From Turneriella sp. (lineage in GTDB: Bacteria; Spirochaetota; Leptospiria; Turneriellales; Turneriellaceae), in the NCBI GenBank assembly GCA_965279515.1, contig CBDIID010000003.1, positions 4,448,001 through 4,512,000 of the forward strand: a stretch of DNA of 64,000 nucleotides, given 5' to 3'. Both the position numbers and the translations under genes were made by a program. Positions 36,955 through 45,981 of this stretch are shown here, one piece after another. The notes below the pieces were generated by a model. The model saw only the letters and a list, made by a program, of their open reading frames with translations. It did no database searches and was not told the DNA's origin. The first letter of the stretch is position 1, and the number at the start of each line of letters is the position of its first letter.

Positions 36955-37853
36955 GCCGCAGTTTTTTAAGTTTAAGCTCGCTGTCGCGGGAAGAGTTCCA
37001 TTCCCTTCTTGACCGCGCGATCGAAGGCAAAAAAAATCCCGCCGCCTGGGGGAAACCCCTTACAGGCAAGTCAATCGCGCTGTTTTTTGAAAAGCCGTCG
37101 ACGCGTACGCGTTTATCGTTTGAAGTCGCGGTGCATCAGCTGGGCGGGCAGGGTATTGTACTGACGCAGCACGATCTGCAGCTGTCGCGCGGCGAAGATT
37201 TGCCCGATACGGCGCGCGTGATGCAGCGCTATCTCTCGGCCATTATGGCGCGCGTGAAGAGCCACGACACGCTCGAAACTCTCGCCGCGCATTCGGGTAT
37301 TCCCGTGATCAATGGCCTCTCGGAACGTTACCATCCCTGCCAGGCATTGGCCGATTTCATGACGCTGAAGGAAAACGGTCTCGGCCCGTCGGCGCGCCTG
37401 GTGTTTGCCGGCGACGGTGGCTCGAATGTGGCGCATGACCTAGCGCTCGGTGCTGCGCATTTTGGTTGCGAGATCACGCTGGCGACCCCAGCAAACATGC
37501 TGCCTGATTCTGAGGTGCTGACCATCGCCGCAAAGCTCGGCGGCAACGTGCGCATCACGCAGGACCTCAGGGCTGCTGCCGAGAACGCCGACGTGCTCTA
37601 TACCGATGTCTGGGTATCGATGGGGCAGGAAGACGAAGCGAAGAAAAAAAAGAAAGCCCTCGAACCTTTTCAGCTGAACCAGGGTATTGTCGCGCTCGCG
37701 AAAAAAAACGCGCTGGTACTGCATTGCCTGCCGGCGCACAAGGGCGAAGAGATTACGGCGGATGTCTTCGAAGCGTCAGCGGTGAAAATTTTTGACCAGG
37801 CCGAGAACCGGCTGCATGCACAGAAAGCCATCCTCGAATTTCTGTTGAAATAA
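36951..37853 (+). CDS. argF: Ornithine carbamoyltransferase
   Basis: FEKPSTRTR, HPCQALAD, YTDVWVSMGQE, HCLPAH, QAENRLH. Confidence 0.97.
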   Translation: MSRSFLSLSSLSREEFHSLLDRAIEGKKNPAAWGKPLTGKSIALFFEKPSTRTRLSFEVAVHQLGGQGIVLTQHDLQLSRGEDLPDTARVMQRYLSAIMARVKSHDTLETLAAHSGIPVINGLSERYHPCQALADFMTLKENGLGPSARLVFAGDGGSNVAHDLALGAAHFGCEITLATPANMLPDSEVLTIAAKLGGNVRITQDLRAAAENADVLYTDVWVSMGQEDEAKKKKKALEPFQLNQGIVALAKKNALVLHCLPAHKGEEITADVFEASAVKIFDQAENRLHAQKAILEFLLK

Positions 37854-37876
37854 TTCCGCGTTCGCGGAATTGTTTT
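37852..37876 (+). terminator. Probable terminator after argF
   Basis: AATTCCGCG-TT-CGCGGAATT followed by GTTTT. Confidence 0.55.
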
Positions 37877-37889
37877 GTATATTCAGGCA

Positions 37890-38399
37890 ATGAATTTTTA
37901 TCATGAAACAGTTTTACAGATGCGTCACAGCCTGACGAATCTGCAAAAGTTTATCGTCAAAGCCGAAGAGCATGCCGCCGCGCAAAAATTTGAGGTCGAT
38001 GTCTATCTGGGCCTGAGGCTCTTCCCGAACATGCTGCCATTTTCCGCACAGCTACGCATTGCCTGCGACACGAGCAAGTTTGCCGCCGCCTTTTTGACGG
38101 GCAAAACACCGCCGGTGCATGAAGATAATGAAAAAACCCTGGGTGAATACAAAGCCCGACTGCAAAACGTCATCGATTATCTCGGCTCATTCAGCGAAGC
38201 CGACTTTGCCGGTGCGGCAGAGCGCAAGGTCAGCCCGCCGAGTTTCAAGGGCAAGCACATGACGGGGCACGATTATCTCGTGCGCCGCCAGGTGCCGAAC
38301 TTTTACTTCCACGTCGTGACAGCGTATGATCTGTTACGCCATGCCGGCGTGTCGATCGGCAAGACCGATTACCTGGGCGATCTGCCGCTCAGGGAATAA
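37890..38399 (+). CDS. DUF1993 (DinB-like) protein
   Basis: RLFPNMLPFSAQ, PNFYFHVVTAYDLLRHAGVSIGKTDYLG. Confidence 0.92.
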   Translation: MNFYHETVLQMRHSLTNLQKFIVKAEEHAAAQKFEVDVYLGLRLFPNMLPFSAQLRIACDTSKFAAAFLTGKTPPVHEDNEKTLGEYKARLQNVIDYLGSFSEADFAGAAERKVSPPSFKGKHMTGHDYLVRRQVPNFYFHVVTAYDLLRHAGVSIGKTDYLGDLPLRE

Positions 38400-38424
38400 T
38401 CCCGGGCGGCATTTCGCAGTTCGC

Positions 38425-38811
38425 TTACCAGCCGCTGCCGCCGCTTCCGCCGCCGTTGACGACGCCGGGTGCTCCGACGGCTGTGTTGGTGGTTACGGTA
38501 AGCGTATTATCGGCTCTGTCTGTGAGGTTTGTCGTTGCGGCATTGCATCCGTTGGTGTCGCAACTGACGGAGACACTGCTAAGGCTGGGGAACGAGATCT
38601 CCTGAAACGCCGAGGTTGCTCCTGCGGCAATGGAGCTAAAGGTTGCGGTCTTCGAGCCATCCGAAGATTTCACAGTTACTGTCGCAACGGTAAAAGTATT
38701 GGCATTCTTCACCGCTACTCGGGTCGGCGCCGTCGTTTCCGTGGTTGCGCACTGCATCAGTAGGGCGCAGGCCGCCAGCGCGCCCGAAAAAAGTTGTTTT
38801 CTATAGGTCAT
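38425..38811 (-). CDS. Small T/S-rich lipoprotein ending GGSGW
   Basis: RBS AGGAG; LLMQC lipobox; paralogue of 22294..22653. Confidence 0.7.
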   Translation of the reverse strand: MTYRKQLFSGALAACALLMQCATTETTAPTRVAVKNANTFTVATVTVKSSDGSKTATFSSIAAGATSAFQEISFPSLSSVSVSCDTNGCNAATTNLTDRADNTLTVTTNTAVGAPGVVNGGGSGGSGW

Positions 38812-38947
38812 TTGGACTCCTGTTTTCAATTTCGGTAAGTGTACGATATTGCCGGCTGCGGGTGCCACAATTGAGGTTTAACATTTATAAATCCTAATGG
38901 TTCGTTAATTTCACTTGACCCCGGCTGCGGCGGCGATAGGCTCGCGC

Positions 38948-40843
38948 ATGACGTTGTACAAGGGTTTTTCGCGCCATCTGGTGCGCGCGGCAGTGGTTTT
39001 TATGCTGTTTTTTTCGGTAAATTGCCAGCAATTGATGGATTTGCTGGATGGGGCGAACAAGGTCGATGATACTTCGGCGAATGCAAATACAGATTTGGAT
39101 AAGGCGGGGAGCTGGACCATTCTAGTCTATTTGGATGCGGCGAACAACCTTGAGGGTGCGGGGGTACAGGATGTTGCCGAAATCAAGGCAATGGCAACTA
39201 GCTTAGGCAATAACAAAGTTTACGTTTTAATGGATCGTATGGCTGGTTTCAGCAGCACTGGTATGGCAGGTTTAAATGGCGGGGCTGATTTTCCCGGAGC
39301 AATCCTGTTCGAAGTGACGAATGGTGCGGTTTTGAACCCCATCAGCGTGCCCTTTGCGAATGTACCGAATGGTCAAGGAACAAACCCAAGTAATAAGGGA
39401 TTTTTCTGGACAACCGGAACTACGGGCGTCAACGGAAAAGGCGTCGGTGGTGAAACCGATGAGCTCAATATGGGGGCGCAGGAAACCTTAGAGAATTTTT
39501 TGGCTTGGGGTTATAATCAAGCTAAAACAAACAATAGCACTTATATTTATGTAGATATCTGGGATCACGGAGCTGGTTGGGGCGGTGGTGCTTACGGCGG
39601 TAATGCAGTAGCATGGGATGATGAAGCCGGATCACCTCACGATGCACTTTCAATCACCGAAATTCAGAATGCCATGAAAAGAGCAGAGACTATTACGGGC
39701 AGAAAAGCGACGATTCTTGGTTTTGATGCTTGTTATATGGGGACGGTTGAAAATGCTTACTCATTCAAATCTTATGCGAGTATAATGATTGGTTCTGAAG
39801 AAGTAGAGCCGGGTGCCGGCTGGCAATATACCAACTGGACCCCCAAAGGTGATGTCTCACCCCGTCAGGTTGCTAAAGATGTTGTAACAACATTCAAAGC
39901 CTCTTATTCTGGCGGTGGCGAACAAGTTACTCTTTCCGCCATAGATTTAAGCAAACTTTCTGGCATATCAACTGCTTTGGACGCGTTCGTTGTGAAACTT
40001 GCGACGCAACCAGCGAACTCTATTTCAGCAGCTCGCCTGGCAGCGCAGAATTACAACAATAACATGAGTGTCGACTTGTATGATTTTGCAGATAAAATCA
40101 GTGTTCCTGAATCAAGCGCTCTCAAAAATATGATTAAAGCATCCATTGTCGCCGAGGCGCACACTTCCGGTGGCCAGGTTGACCGTTCTAATGGCTTGAC
40201 TGTATTTTTTCCACAATCCAAGAATAACTACGACTCACAGTATGATGCTACAGATTTTGCTAAGGAGACGCGTTGGGATGAATTCATTTCTGGTAAAGTT
40301 ATTTCAATCGAGGTTCCTAGCACCGAACCTGGTGATAGCACTTGCGGCGTAGAAAGCAACGATACGGCGGCAAAAGCCAATCAGATCGGCGCGGGCGGCA
40401 CGACATGCACGGGCTACATATATACACCGACTGACGTAGATATTTACCGGTTTACTGGTGGCTCTTTAACCTCTGCAGGAACATTCGATATTACACTCTC
40501 GAATATTCCAGCTGGCGCAAACTTTGATGTAATGCTTTTTAATACAGATGTCAGTCCGTCTGCGCCAGTGGCCTCGGGAACTATCAGCTCAGGTAACGGA
40601 AGCGAAGGTTTTAAGTACTCCCCGAGCAATGGTCAGGTAACTTATAACTTAAATGGAAATTTTGTCTGTGATCCCGCGGTGAGTAGCACTTATGTGAATC
40701 AGGGATTATGCTATGGCCAAGGGATGACGATTACGTCAAGCACCAACTTCTACATCGTGGTGGTTGGTAAGAGTGGTTCTTATAATCAGGCGGGTAAATA
40801 TACGCTGACTTTAGGGAAAACCAATGCTGTTACGTTGCCATAA
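38948..40843 (+). CDS. Clostripain-family (C11) cysteine peptidase lipoprotein with a C-terminal beta domain
   Basis: Lipobox SVNC; WTILVYLDAANNLE, ELNMG, WDHGAGW (His), GFDACYM (Cys), SEEVEPG, TLSAIDL. Confidence 0.9.
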   Translation: MTLYKGFSRHLVRAAVVFMLFFSVNCQQLMDLLDGANKVDDTSANANTDLDKAGSWTILVYLDAANNLEGAGVQDVAEIKAMATSLGNNKVYVLMDRMAGFSSTGMAGLNGGADFPGAILFEVTNGAVLNPISVPFANVPNGQGTNPSNKGFFWTTGTTGVNGKGVGGETDELNMGAQETLENFLAWGYNQAKTNNSTYIYVDIWDHGAGWGGGAYGGNAVAWDDEAGSPHDALSITEIQNAMKRAETITGRKATILGFDACYMGTVENAYSFKSYASIMIGSEEVEPGAGWQYTNWTPKGDVSPRQVAKDVVTTFKASYSGGGEQVTLSAIDLSKLSGISTALDAFVVKLATQPANSISAARLAAQNYNNNMSVDLYDFADKISVPESSALKNMIKASIVAEAHTSGGQVDRSNGLTVFFPQSKNNYDSQYDATDFAKETRWDEFISGKVISIEVPSTEPGDSTCGVESNDTAAKANQIGAGGTTCTGYIYTPTDVDIYRFTGGSLTSAGTFDITLSNIPAGANFDVMLFNTDVSPSAPVASGTISSGNGSEGFKYSPSNGQVTYNLNGNFVCDPAVSSTYVNQGLCYGQGMTITSSTNFYIVVVGKSGSYNQAGKYTLTLGKTNAVTLP

Positions 40844-40852
40844 GGATTAGAT

Positions 40853-41134
40853 ATGAAAAAAACATTCCTCATAATCGCAATCGCTTTGCTCGCCTGCTCC
40901 TCCTCCAAGCCCAAGGGCGAACCACAAACCGTCATCGGCACCGTCGCCGTGAACGAGTCGCAGGTCCTCATCGAACAGCTCGAATTCACCCGCTCCAAAG
41001 TCTCCTTTGAAGTCACCGGCGGCCTCAAAGACCAGGTCGCCGCGCTGAAGGGCAAGACGATCACCGTCAAAGGCAATGTCATCAAACACAGCCCGTTTGC
41101 GGCGAGTATTGAAGTTACCGAAATTCTGAAGTAG
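40853..41134 (+). CDS. Small lipoprotein (OB-fold-like)
   Basis: AGGA RBS; MKK..LLAC lipobox; LKGKTITVKG. Confidence 0.7.
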   Translation: MKKTFLIIAIALLACSSSKPKGEPQTVIGTVAVNESQVLIEQLEFTRSKVSFEVTGGLKDQVAALKGKTITVKGNVIKHSPFAASIEVTEILK

Positions 41135-41144
41135 TCGCCCGCCG

Positions 41145-41840
41145 CTAGCGTTTGCGCGAAGGGGCGCGGCGCTTTGTCGCAATTTCCTTAACCTGGCCGT
41201 CGACCAGAAAGATCTGCTTCTCTGCCAGCGCCGCGAACTCGGTGTCGTGCGTGACATAGACAATCGTACAGCCGTGCTCGCGGTTGACCTTCTGGAAAAT
41301 CCCCATCACATTCTGCGCATTCGCCGAATCGAGCGAACCCGTCGGTTCGTCGGCAAAGATGTATTCCGGGTTCATGATCAGCGCGCGGGCGATCGCCACG
41401 CGCTGTGACTCGCCGCCCGAAAGCTTGCCGGGCACACTGTGCATGCGGTCTTTCAGGTCGAAACTTTCCAGAAGTTTGATTGCAAAGGGACGCTTTTCGG
41501 CGACGTTGCCCGCCTTGATCGCCGGTATCAGCACGTTCTCGAGCGCCGTAAACTCGGGCAAAAGATAATGGTACTGGAAAATAAATCCCATGTGGTGGTT
41601 GCGGAAACGGTGCAGCTCGCGCGAGCTCATCGCGGTGATGTCCTGGCCCTGCAGAAAAACCTTGCCCGATGTGGGGTTGTCGAGGGTGCTCATCATGTAG
41701 AGCAGAGTGCTTTTGCCCGAGCCGGATTTCCCCGTGAGCGAGACAAACTCGCCGTCTTTGAGCTCGAAAGAAATACCTTTGATAATTTCAACAGGCGGAT
41801 TGCCAAACGATTTGGTGATTTTGTCGAGTTTGAGGCTCAT
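41145..41840 (-). CDS. ABC ATP-binding protein (LolD/MacB-like)
   Basis: GKSGSGKST, GFIFQ, LSGGESQR, ADEPTGSLD, VTHD. Confidence 0.95.
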   Translation of the reverse strand: MSLKLDKITKSFGNPPVEIIKGISFELKDGEFVSLTGKSGSGKSTLLYMMSTLDNPTSGKVFLQGQDITAMSSRELHRFRNHHMGFIFQYHYLLPEFTALENVLIPAIKAGNVAEKRPFAIKLLESFDLKDRMHSVPGKLSGGESQRVAIARALIMNPEYIFADEPTGSLDSANAQNVMGIFQKVNREHGCTIVYVTHDTEFAALAEKQIFLVDGQVKEIATKRRAPSRKR

Positions 41841-41841
41841 A

Positions 41842-43092
41842 TCAATCCTGCCCCCGGATAATATCGATCGGAGAGAGTTTGCCGGCCTTGAGCGCCGGCA
41901 GAAAACTTGCGATTGCCGTTGAGACGAGCGCCATGAGAAAACCAAAAACATAGATGATATAGGTAAACGAAATCATCATGCCCGTCGACTTCGATTTGAT
42001 CATCGGGCTTGAGAACGTGATGGTCGAGAGCTGCAGCGAGATCAGGTAGCCCGCGACAACACCCAGGAGCCCCCCGGCAACGCCTAAGAGCATGCCCTGC
42101 GTGATAAAAATAATCAGCACGTCGCGGCTTTCATAACCGACGCTGCGCAAGATCGCGATCTCGCGCTTTTTCTGGTTGATGACAATGCTCAGAATGTTGT
42201 AGATGCCAAAACCGGCGACGATCAGGATAATCGCCGTCAGCATATACCGCGTCATATCCTGCACCTGGAAGACGTCGAGTATCGACGAATTGATCTGTTC
42301 CCAACTTTGCACCTTCGCCGAATCGTCGTTGCTCCATAACTGCGCTTTCGGCAGCGACTGGCGTACATCGCGCAGCCGCACGGCGATGTCTGAGATCTGG
42401 CCGGGATTTCCCGAAATATTCTGCGCGGTAGTCAGCGCGACGTAGGCGAGATTGTCGTCGATCGCACGATTCCCTGTCTGGAATGATCCGGAAATTTTCA
42501 GTTGCTGCTGGTCGCCCTTGCTGTTGATTACCGTCACCGAATCACCGTAACGCATGCCCAGGTTTTCACGCAGACCCTCGCCCATGAGTATCTTCTGTCC
42601 GTTCTCCGCAAGTTCGCGCAGTGTTCCGTGCAGTATATATTTCTCGAACAGCGCGACGCGCGCCTGCTGTTCGGGCACGACGCCCAGAATGCGGCCGTTG
42701 CGCGCGACCTTGCCTTTGCGGTAGATTACCGTGACGTTGAGCTGCGCTGCATAGGCTTCGACGTCCTTGTCTTCGCGCAATCGCCACATCCACTCCTGGA
42801 CATTATCGATGCGTTCGTTGTCGCGGCGCCCCGACGGCGGTACGAACCAGAAAAGTTTTTCATTTTTGCCGGTGAAGACATGGTCGAAGCTCGTCGCCTC
42901 GATCAGGCGCGCCTTGGCCGAGATACGCACATGCGCGTCGTTGTTGACCATCTGGTCGAGCAGGTAGTCGCGAAAGCCCAGCAGGATGCCTGAAATAATA
43001 ATATATGCCGCCGCACCGAGCATGACGCCCAGGAGCGTCAGGACTGTCTGCCGCTTACGGGCCCAGAGCTGGCGCAGCGCGATAAAAATCAT
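41842..43092 (-). CDS. ABC permease (FtsX/MacB/LolE-like)
   Basis: RQTVLTLLGV, large periplasmic loop, KKREIAILRSVG, PALKAGKLSPIDIIRG. Confidence 0.93.
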   Translation of the reverse strand: MIFIALRQLWARKRQTVLTLLGVMLGAAAYIIISGILLGFRDYLLDQMVNNDAHVRISAKARLIEATSFDHVFTGKNEKLFWFVPPSGRRDNERIDNVQEWMWRLREDKDVEAYAAQLNVTVIYRKGKVARNGRILGVVPEQQARVALFEKYILHGTLRELAENGQKILMGEGLRENLGMRYGDSVTVINSKGDQQQLKISGSFQTGNRAIDDNLAYVALTTAQNISGNPGQISDIAVRLRDVRQSLPKAQLWSNDDSAKVQSWEQINSSILDVFQVQDMTRYMLTAIILIVAGFGIYNILSIVINQKKREIAILRSVGYESRDVLIIFITQGMLLGVAGGLLGVVAGYLISLQLSTITFSSPMIKSKSTGMMISFTYIIYVFGFLMALVSTAIASFLPALKAGKLSPIDIIRGQD

Positions 43093-43880
43093 TGCGGGTA
43101 GTGGAGTATGTCGCCTTCGGCAAGTTCCGAAGAAACAATCTCCACGGCGTCTCCCTGCGTGAGCCCGATCTGTACCGGCACTTTCAATCTTTTGCCCGCG
43201 CGGGTGATCTGTATCTTGCCATCGCGCACAGCGCGCAGGGGGGCGACGAAAACATTTTCTTTTTTACCGGCTTCGATTGCGAGGTCGGCCGACATGCCCG
43301 GCAGAATTTCCAGCGGCAGTTCCCGCGATTCAATCTTCACCATGAACTGCCCGTCAGAGGGGTAGACCGAGGAGACAAGACCCGTGAATGTTTTACCCGG
43401 CAGGCCCTCAAAGGCAATCCGCACTTTCTGGCTTTGTGCGATCAGCACGGCGGATTTTTCATCGAGCGAGACGGTGATATACTTGCGGCTCAGGTCCATG
43501 ATCTGCAGTACCGGGTTTTGGGGAAACACGGCTTCGCCTTCTTTAAAAGAAACGGTCGTGACGATGCCGGCGAAAGGCGCGGTCATGACCGGTACCTGGT
43601 CGAACTCCACGAGTCGGTCGCCTTTTTTTACCGTCTCGCCAGCCTTGACATAGAGGCGGCGGATATTCGCCGCGATGCCGATTTTCAGCTGGTAACTGCG
43701 CTCGGCTTCGACGGTGCCGAGTCCATAGACCGTACGCAGAATCGTCGTGCGTCGCAGCGGCATGTCAGCGTTCGCCGGGCGCGAACGAATGCGGCTGATG
43801 CCGAGGTAACTGGCGGCAAGCAGTATTGCTATTGCAATATATTTCCGTTTGCCGGCAAAGAGCTGGCGAATAAAGTCCAT
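43089..43880 (-). CDS. Periplasmic adaptor (membrane fusion) protein with a minimal hairpin
   Basis: Lipoyl halves VKAGETVKKGDRL and APFAGIV nearly adjacent; LPGMSA; VQIGL. Confidence 0.85.
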   Translation of the reverse strand: MDFIRQLFAGKRKYIAIAILLAASYLGISRIRSRPANADMPLRRTTILRTVYGLGTVEAERSYQLKIGIAANIRRLYVKAGETVKKGDRLVEFDQVPVMTAPFAGIVTTVSFKEGEAVFPQNPVLQIMDLSRKYITVSLDEKSAVLIAQSQKVRIAFEGLPGKTFTGLVSSVYPSDGQFMVKIESRELPLEILPGMSADLAIEAGKKENVFVAPLRAVRDGKIQITRAGKRLKVPVQIGLTQGDAVEIVSSELAEGDILHYPQ

Positions 43881-43956
43881 GCGCTATGCGCGGTCAGTTA
43901 AACATGCCGTCAAAGCCATGGAGGGAGAACCTACCCCGTTGCCAGAAGGAGGGCGC

Positions 43957-44060
43957 GTTCAAATCGGCATTAGCCGATTTGAACTGTCGAAACCATGGTG
44001 CGAGGGCGCACCTGGTCGCCACGCAAGGATGTTTAGTTCAACTCGCTATGCGAGTTGAAC
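43957..44060. repeat. Two related hairpins GTTCAA...TTGAAC
   Basis: GTTCAAATCGGC-ATTA-GCCGATTTGAAC (43957-43984) and GTTCAACTCGC-TAT-GCGAGTTGAAC (44036-44060). Confidence 0.65.
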
Positions 44061-45272
44061 CGTGGCGACCATGTTCCCATGCGGGTGTTTGTTTTCGTAC
44101 ATGATCTGGTGCAGGTCGCCGATCTCGTCGAAAGATACTGATTTCGAGAGGCAAGGATCAATGCGCTTCTCGAGCACGAGATTGTTGAACGCTGTCGCTT
44201 GCGCGTCGTTGGCGAAGTGCGAACCCTGCAGGCGCTTCTGGTGCATCCAGTGGTAGCGCAGGTCGACGGTCGCGTTGTAGCCGGTGGTGCCGGCGCAGAT
44301 GACAACCATACCGCCGCGCTCGACGACATAACATGAAGTCGGGATTGTCGTCTCGCCGGGGTGCTCGAACACGATGCGTGGGCTCACGCCCTTGCCGGCG
44401 ATTTCCCAGATGGCCTTGCCGAATGCGCGCACGCCCTTCAGCCACTCGCCGTATTTCGCGTCGTCTTTCCAGTGTGGCAGCATGCCCCAGTGGTTAAAAT
44501 CCTTGCGGTTGATAACTCCGATGGCGCCGAGCTTTTTACAGTAGTCAACTTTGTTCGCTTCAGAGATGACAGCGATGGGCTTGCCGCCCATTTCGCGCAC
44601 GATTTGGATGGCCATTGAGCCGAGACCGCCCGCGCCGCCCCAGATGAGCACGACGTCGTCTTTGCGCACGGTGTGCTCGGGAAAGCCCATGAGCATGCGG
44701 TATGCGGTCGCGCCAACGAGCATGTAGGCCGCCGATTCTTCCCAGTTCATGTGGCGAGGGCGCGGCAGGCACTGGTGCGCCTGAACTTTTGTGAACTGCG
44801 CAAAGCTGCCGTAGTTGACTTCATAGCCCCAGATGCGGTTGGATGTATGAACGATGGGGTCGACTTTGCCTGACTTGATGTCGGCGTTGTTCACGTCCCA
44901 CATGCCGCAGTGGACGACGACTTCGTCGCCGACCTTAATGTTTTTCACGTTGGCGCCTGTTTTATAGACGATGCCTGATGCGTCTGAACCGCCGATATGG
45001 AAGCCCGAGTTATCGTTCTGGTCTTTGCGGTGCACGTCGACCATGTTGAGGGGGATGCCCAGCGCAGCCCAGACATTGTTGTAGTTGATGCCGGCGGCTT
45101 TGACGAGCACGAGCGCGTCGTCGGGTCCGATTTCGGGTACATCGACGACTTCTTTCTGGAAGGCCTTTTTCGGCTCGCCAAAACGGTCTTCGCGGATCGT
45201 CTGCGCATACATCTTTTTGGGAACTTCCCCGGTGGGGATAGCTTCATTCAGTTCATAGAGTTCTTTTGCCAT
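44046..45272 (-). CDS. ccr: Crotonyl-CoA carboxylase/reductase
   Basis: [60 protein letters not shown]. Confidence 0.95.
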   Translation of the reverse strand: MAKELYELNEAIPTGEVPKKMYAQTIREDRFGEPKKAFQKEVVDVPEIGPDDALVLVKAAGINYNNVWAALGIPLNMVDVHRKDQNDNSGFHIGGSDASGIVYKTGANVKNIKVGDEVVVHCGMWDVNNADIKSGKVDPIVHTSNRIWGYEVNYGSFAQFTKVQAHQCLPRPRHMNWEESAAYMLVGATAYRMLMGFPEHTVRKDDVVLIWGGAGGLGSMAIQIVREMGGKPIAVISEANKVDYCKKLGAIGVINRKDFNHWGMLPHWKDDAKYGEWLKGVRAFGKAIWEIAGKGVSPRIVFEHPGETTIPTSCYVVERGGMVVICAGTTGYNATVDLRYHWMHQKRLQGSHFANDAQATAFNNLVLEKRIDPCLSKSVSFDEIGDLHQIMYENKHPHGNMVATVQLA

Positions 45273-45362
45273 GGGCGGGAAAATTTATTTTAGAGACAGC
45301 CTGTCAAAAGCTTTGGGCGTTGGAGCAGTCAAAAAATGCTTCGATATTGAACTATACCGCCG

Positions 45363-45920
45363 ATGCAGCATACCCACGAAATCTATAAAGACAACGAAAA
45401 GCTGCGGGCGATGATCATTTTTATCCTGCGCAAGCTATCGGGCAAGCTGAACCGCGTCGCGCTGTGCAAGAATCTCTACTATTCTGAGATGCACTATTTC
45501 CAGAAATTCGCAAAAAGCATCAGTGGTGCGGATTATCTGCACATCGAGGCATCCCCCGTGCCGCGGCATTTTAACGAAATTATCGCCGAGATGGTGGCAA
45601 AGGGTGAGGTGCGGGTAGTGCCGCACGTGGCGCCCGAAGTCATCGAAGGCCGCCAGATCATGGTGCTCAGGGGCATGGTGTTCGAAAGCGATGCGCCGCT
45701 GTTAACCGCGCTCGACCGCAACGAGCTGCGCGCGGTACGCATGGTGTCATCGACGCTACAGAATGAAATGAATTTAGAAACGCGCTATTTTCCGCAGTAT
45801 TACCAGCACTACGTGCAGACGGGGCTCTACGAAGTCATTCCGCCGGTGACATTCCCCAAGCGTCCGCATTTGCAGTTCAAGGCCTGGAGCCGGAAGATTT
45901 ATCGGTTGATGTGGCAATAG
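45363..45920 (+). CDS. Panacea/SocA (DUF4065)-like domain protein
   Basis: MIIFIL..LCKNLYYSE..SISGADY..SPVP resembles the LxKLLY..ITG..Y..GPV Panacea pattern. Confidence 0.6.
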   Translation: MQHTHEIYKDNEKLRAMIIFILRKLSGKLNRVALCKNLYYSEMHYFQKFAKSISGADYLHIEASPVPRHFNEIIAEMVAKGEVRVVPHVAPEVIEGRQIMVLRGMVFESDAPLLTALDRNELRAVRMVSSTLQNEMNLETRYFPQYYQHYVQTGLYEVIPPVTFPKRPHLQFKAWSRKIYRLMWQ

Positions 45921-45921
45921 T

Positions 45922-45976
45922 GCGCCAGGATGGCGCCTAGTCCACAGCCGACAGGATGTCGTCTGTGCTGTGGACT
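45922..45976. repeat. Nested hairpins with a repeated CAGGATG core between convergent genes
   Basis: GCGCCA-GGA-TGGCGC, then AGTCCACAGC-[CGACA-GGA-TGTCG]-TCTGT-GCTGTGGACT. Confidence 0.55.
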
Positions 45977-45981
45977 GGCAG

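Noticed and set aside
22743..38947. TTG starts at 22743, 29098 and 38915 (also 10908)
   Set aside because: These TTGs are the first bases of -35-like hexamers; downstream ATGs give family-typical N-termini.
43092..43901. 269-aa plus-strand ORF
   Set aside because: Antisense to the adaptor gene, which belongs to a coherent ABC operon.
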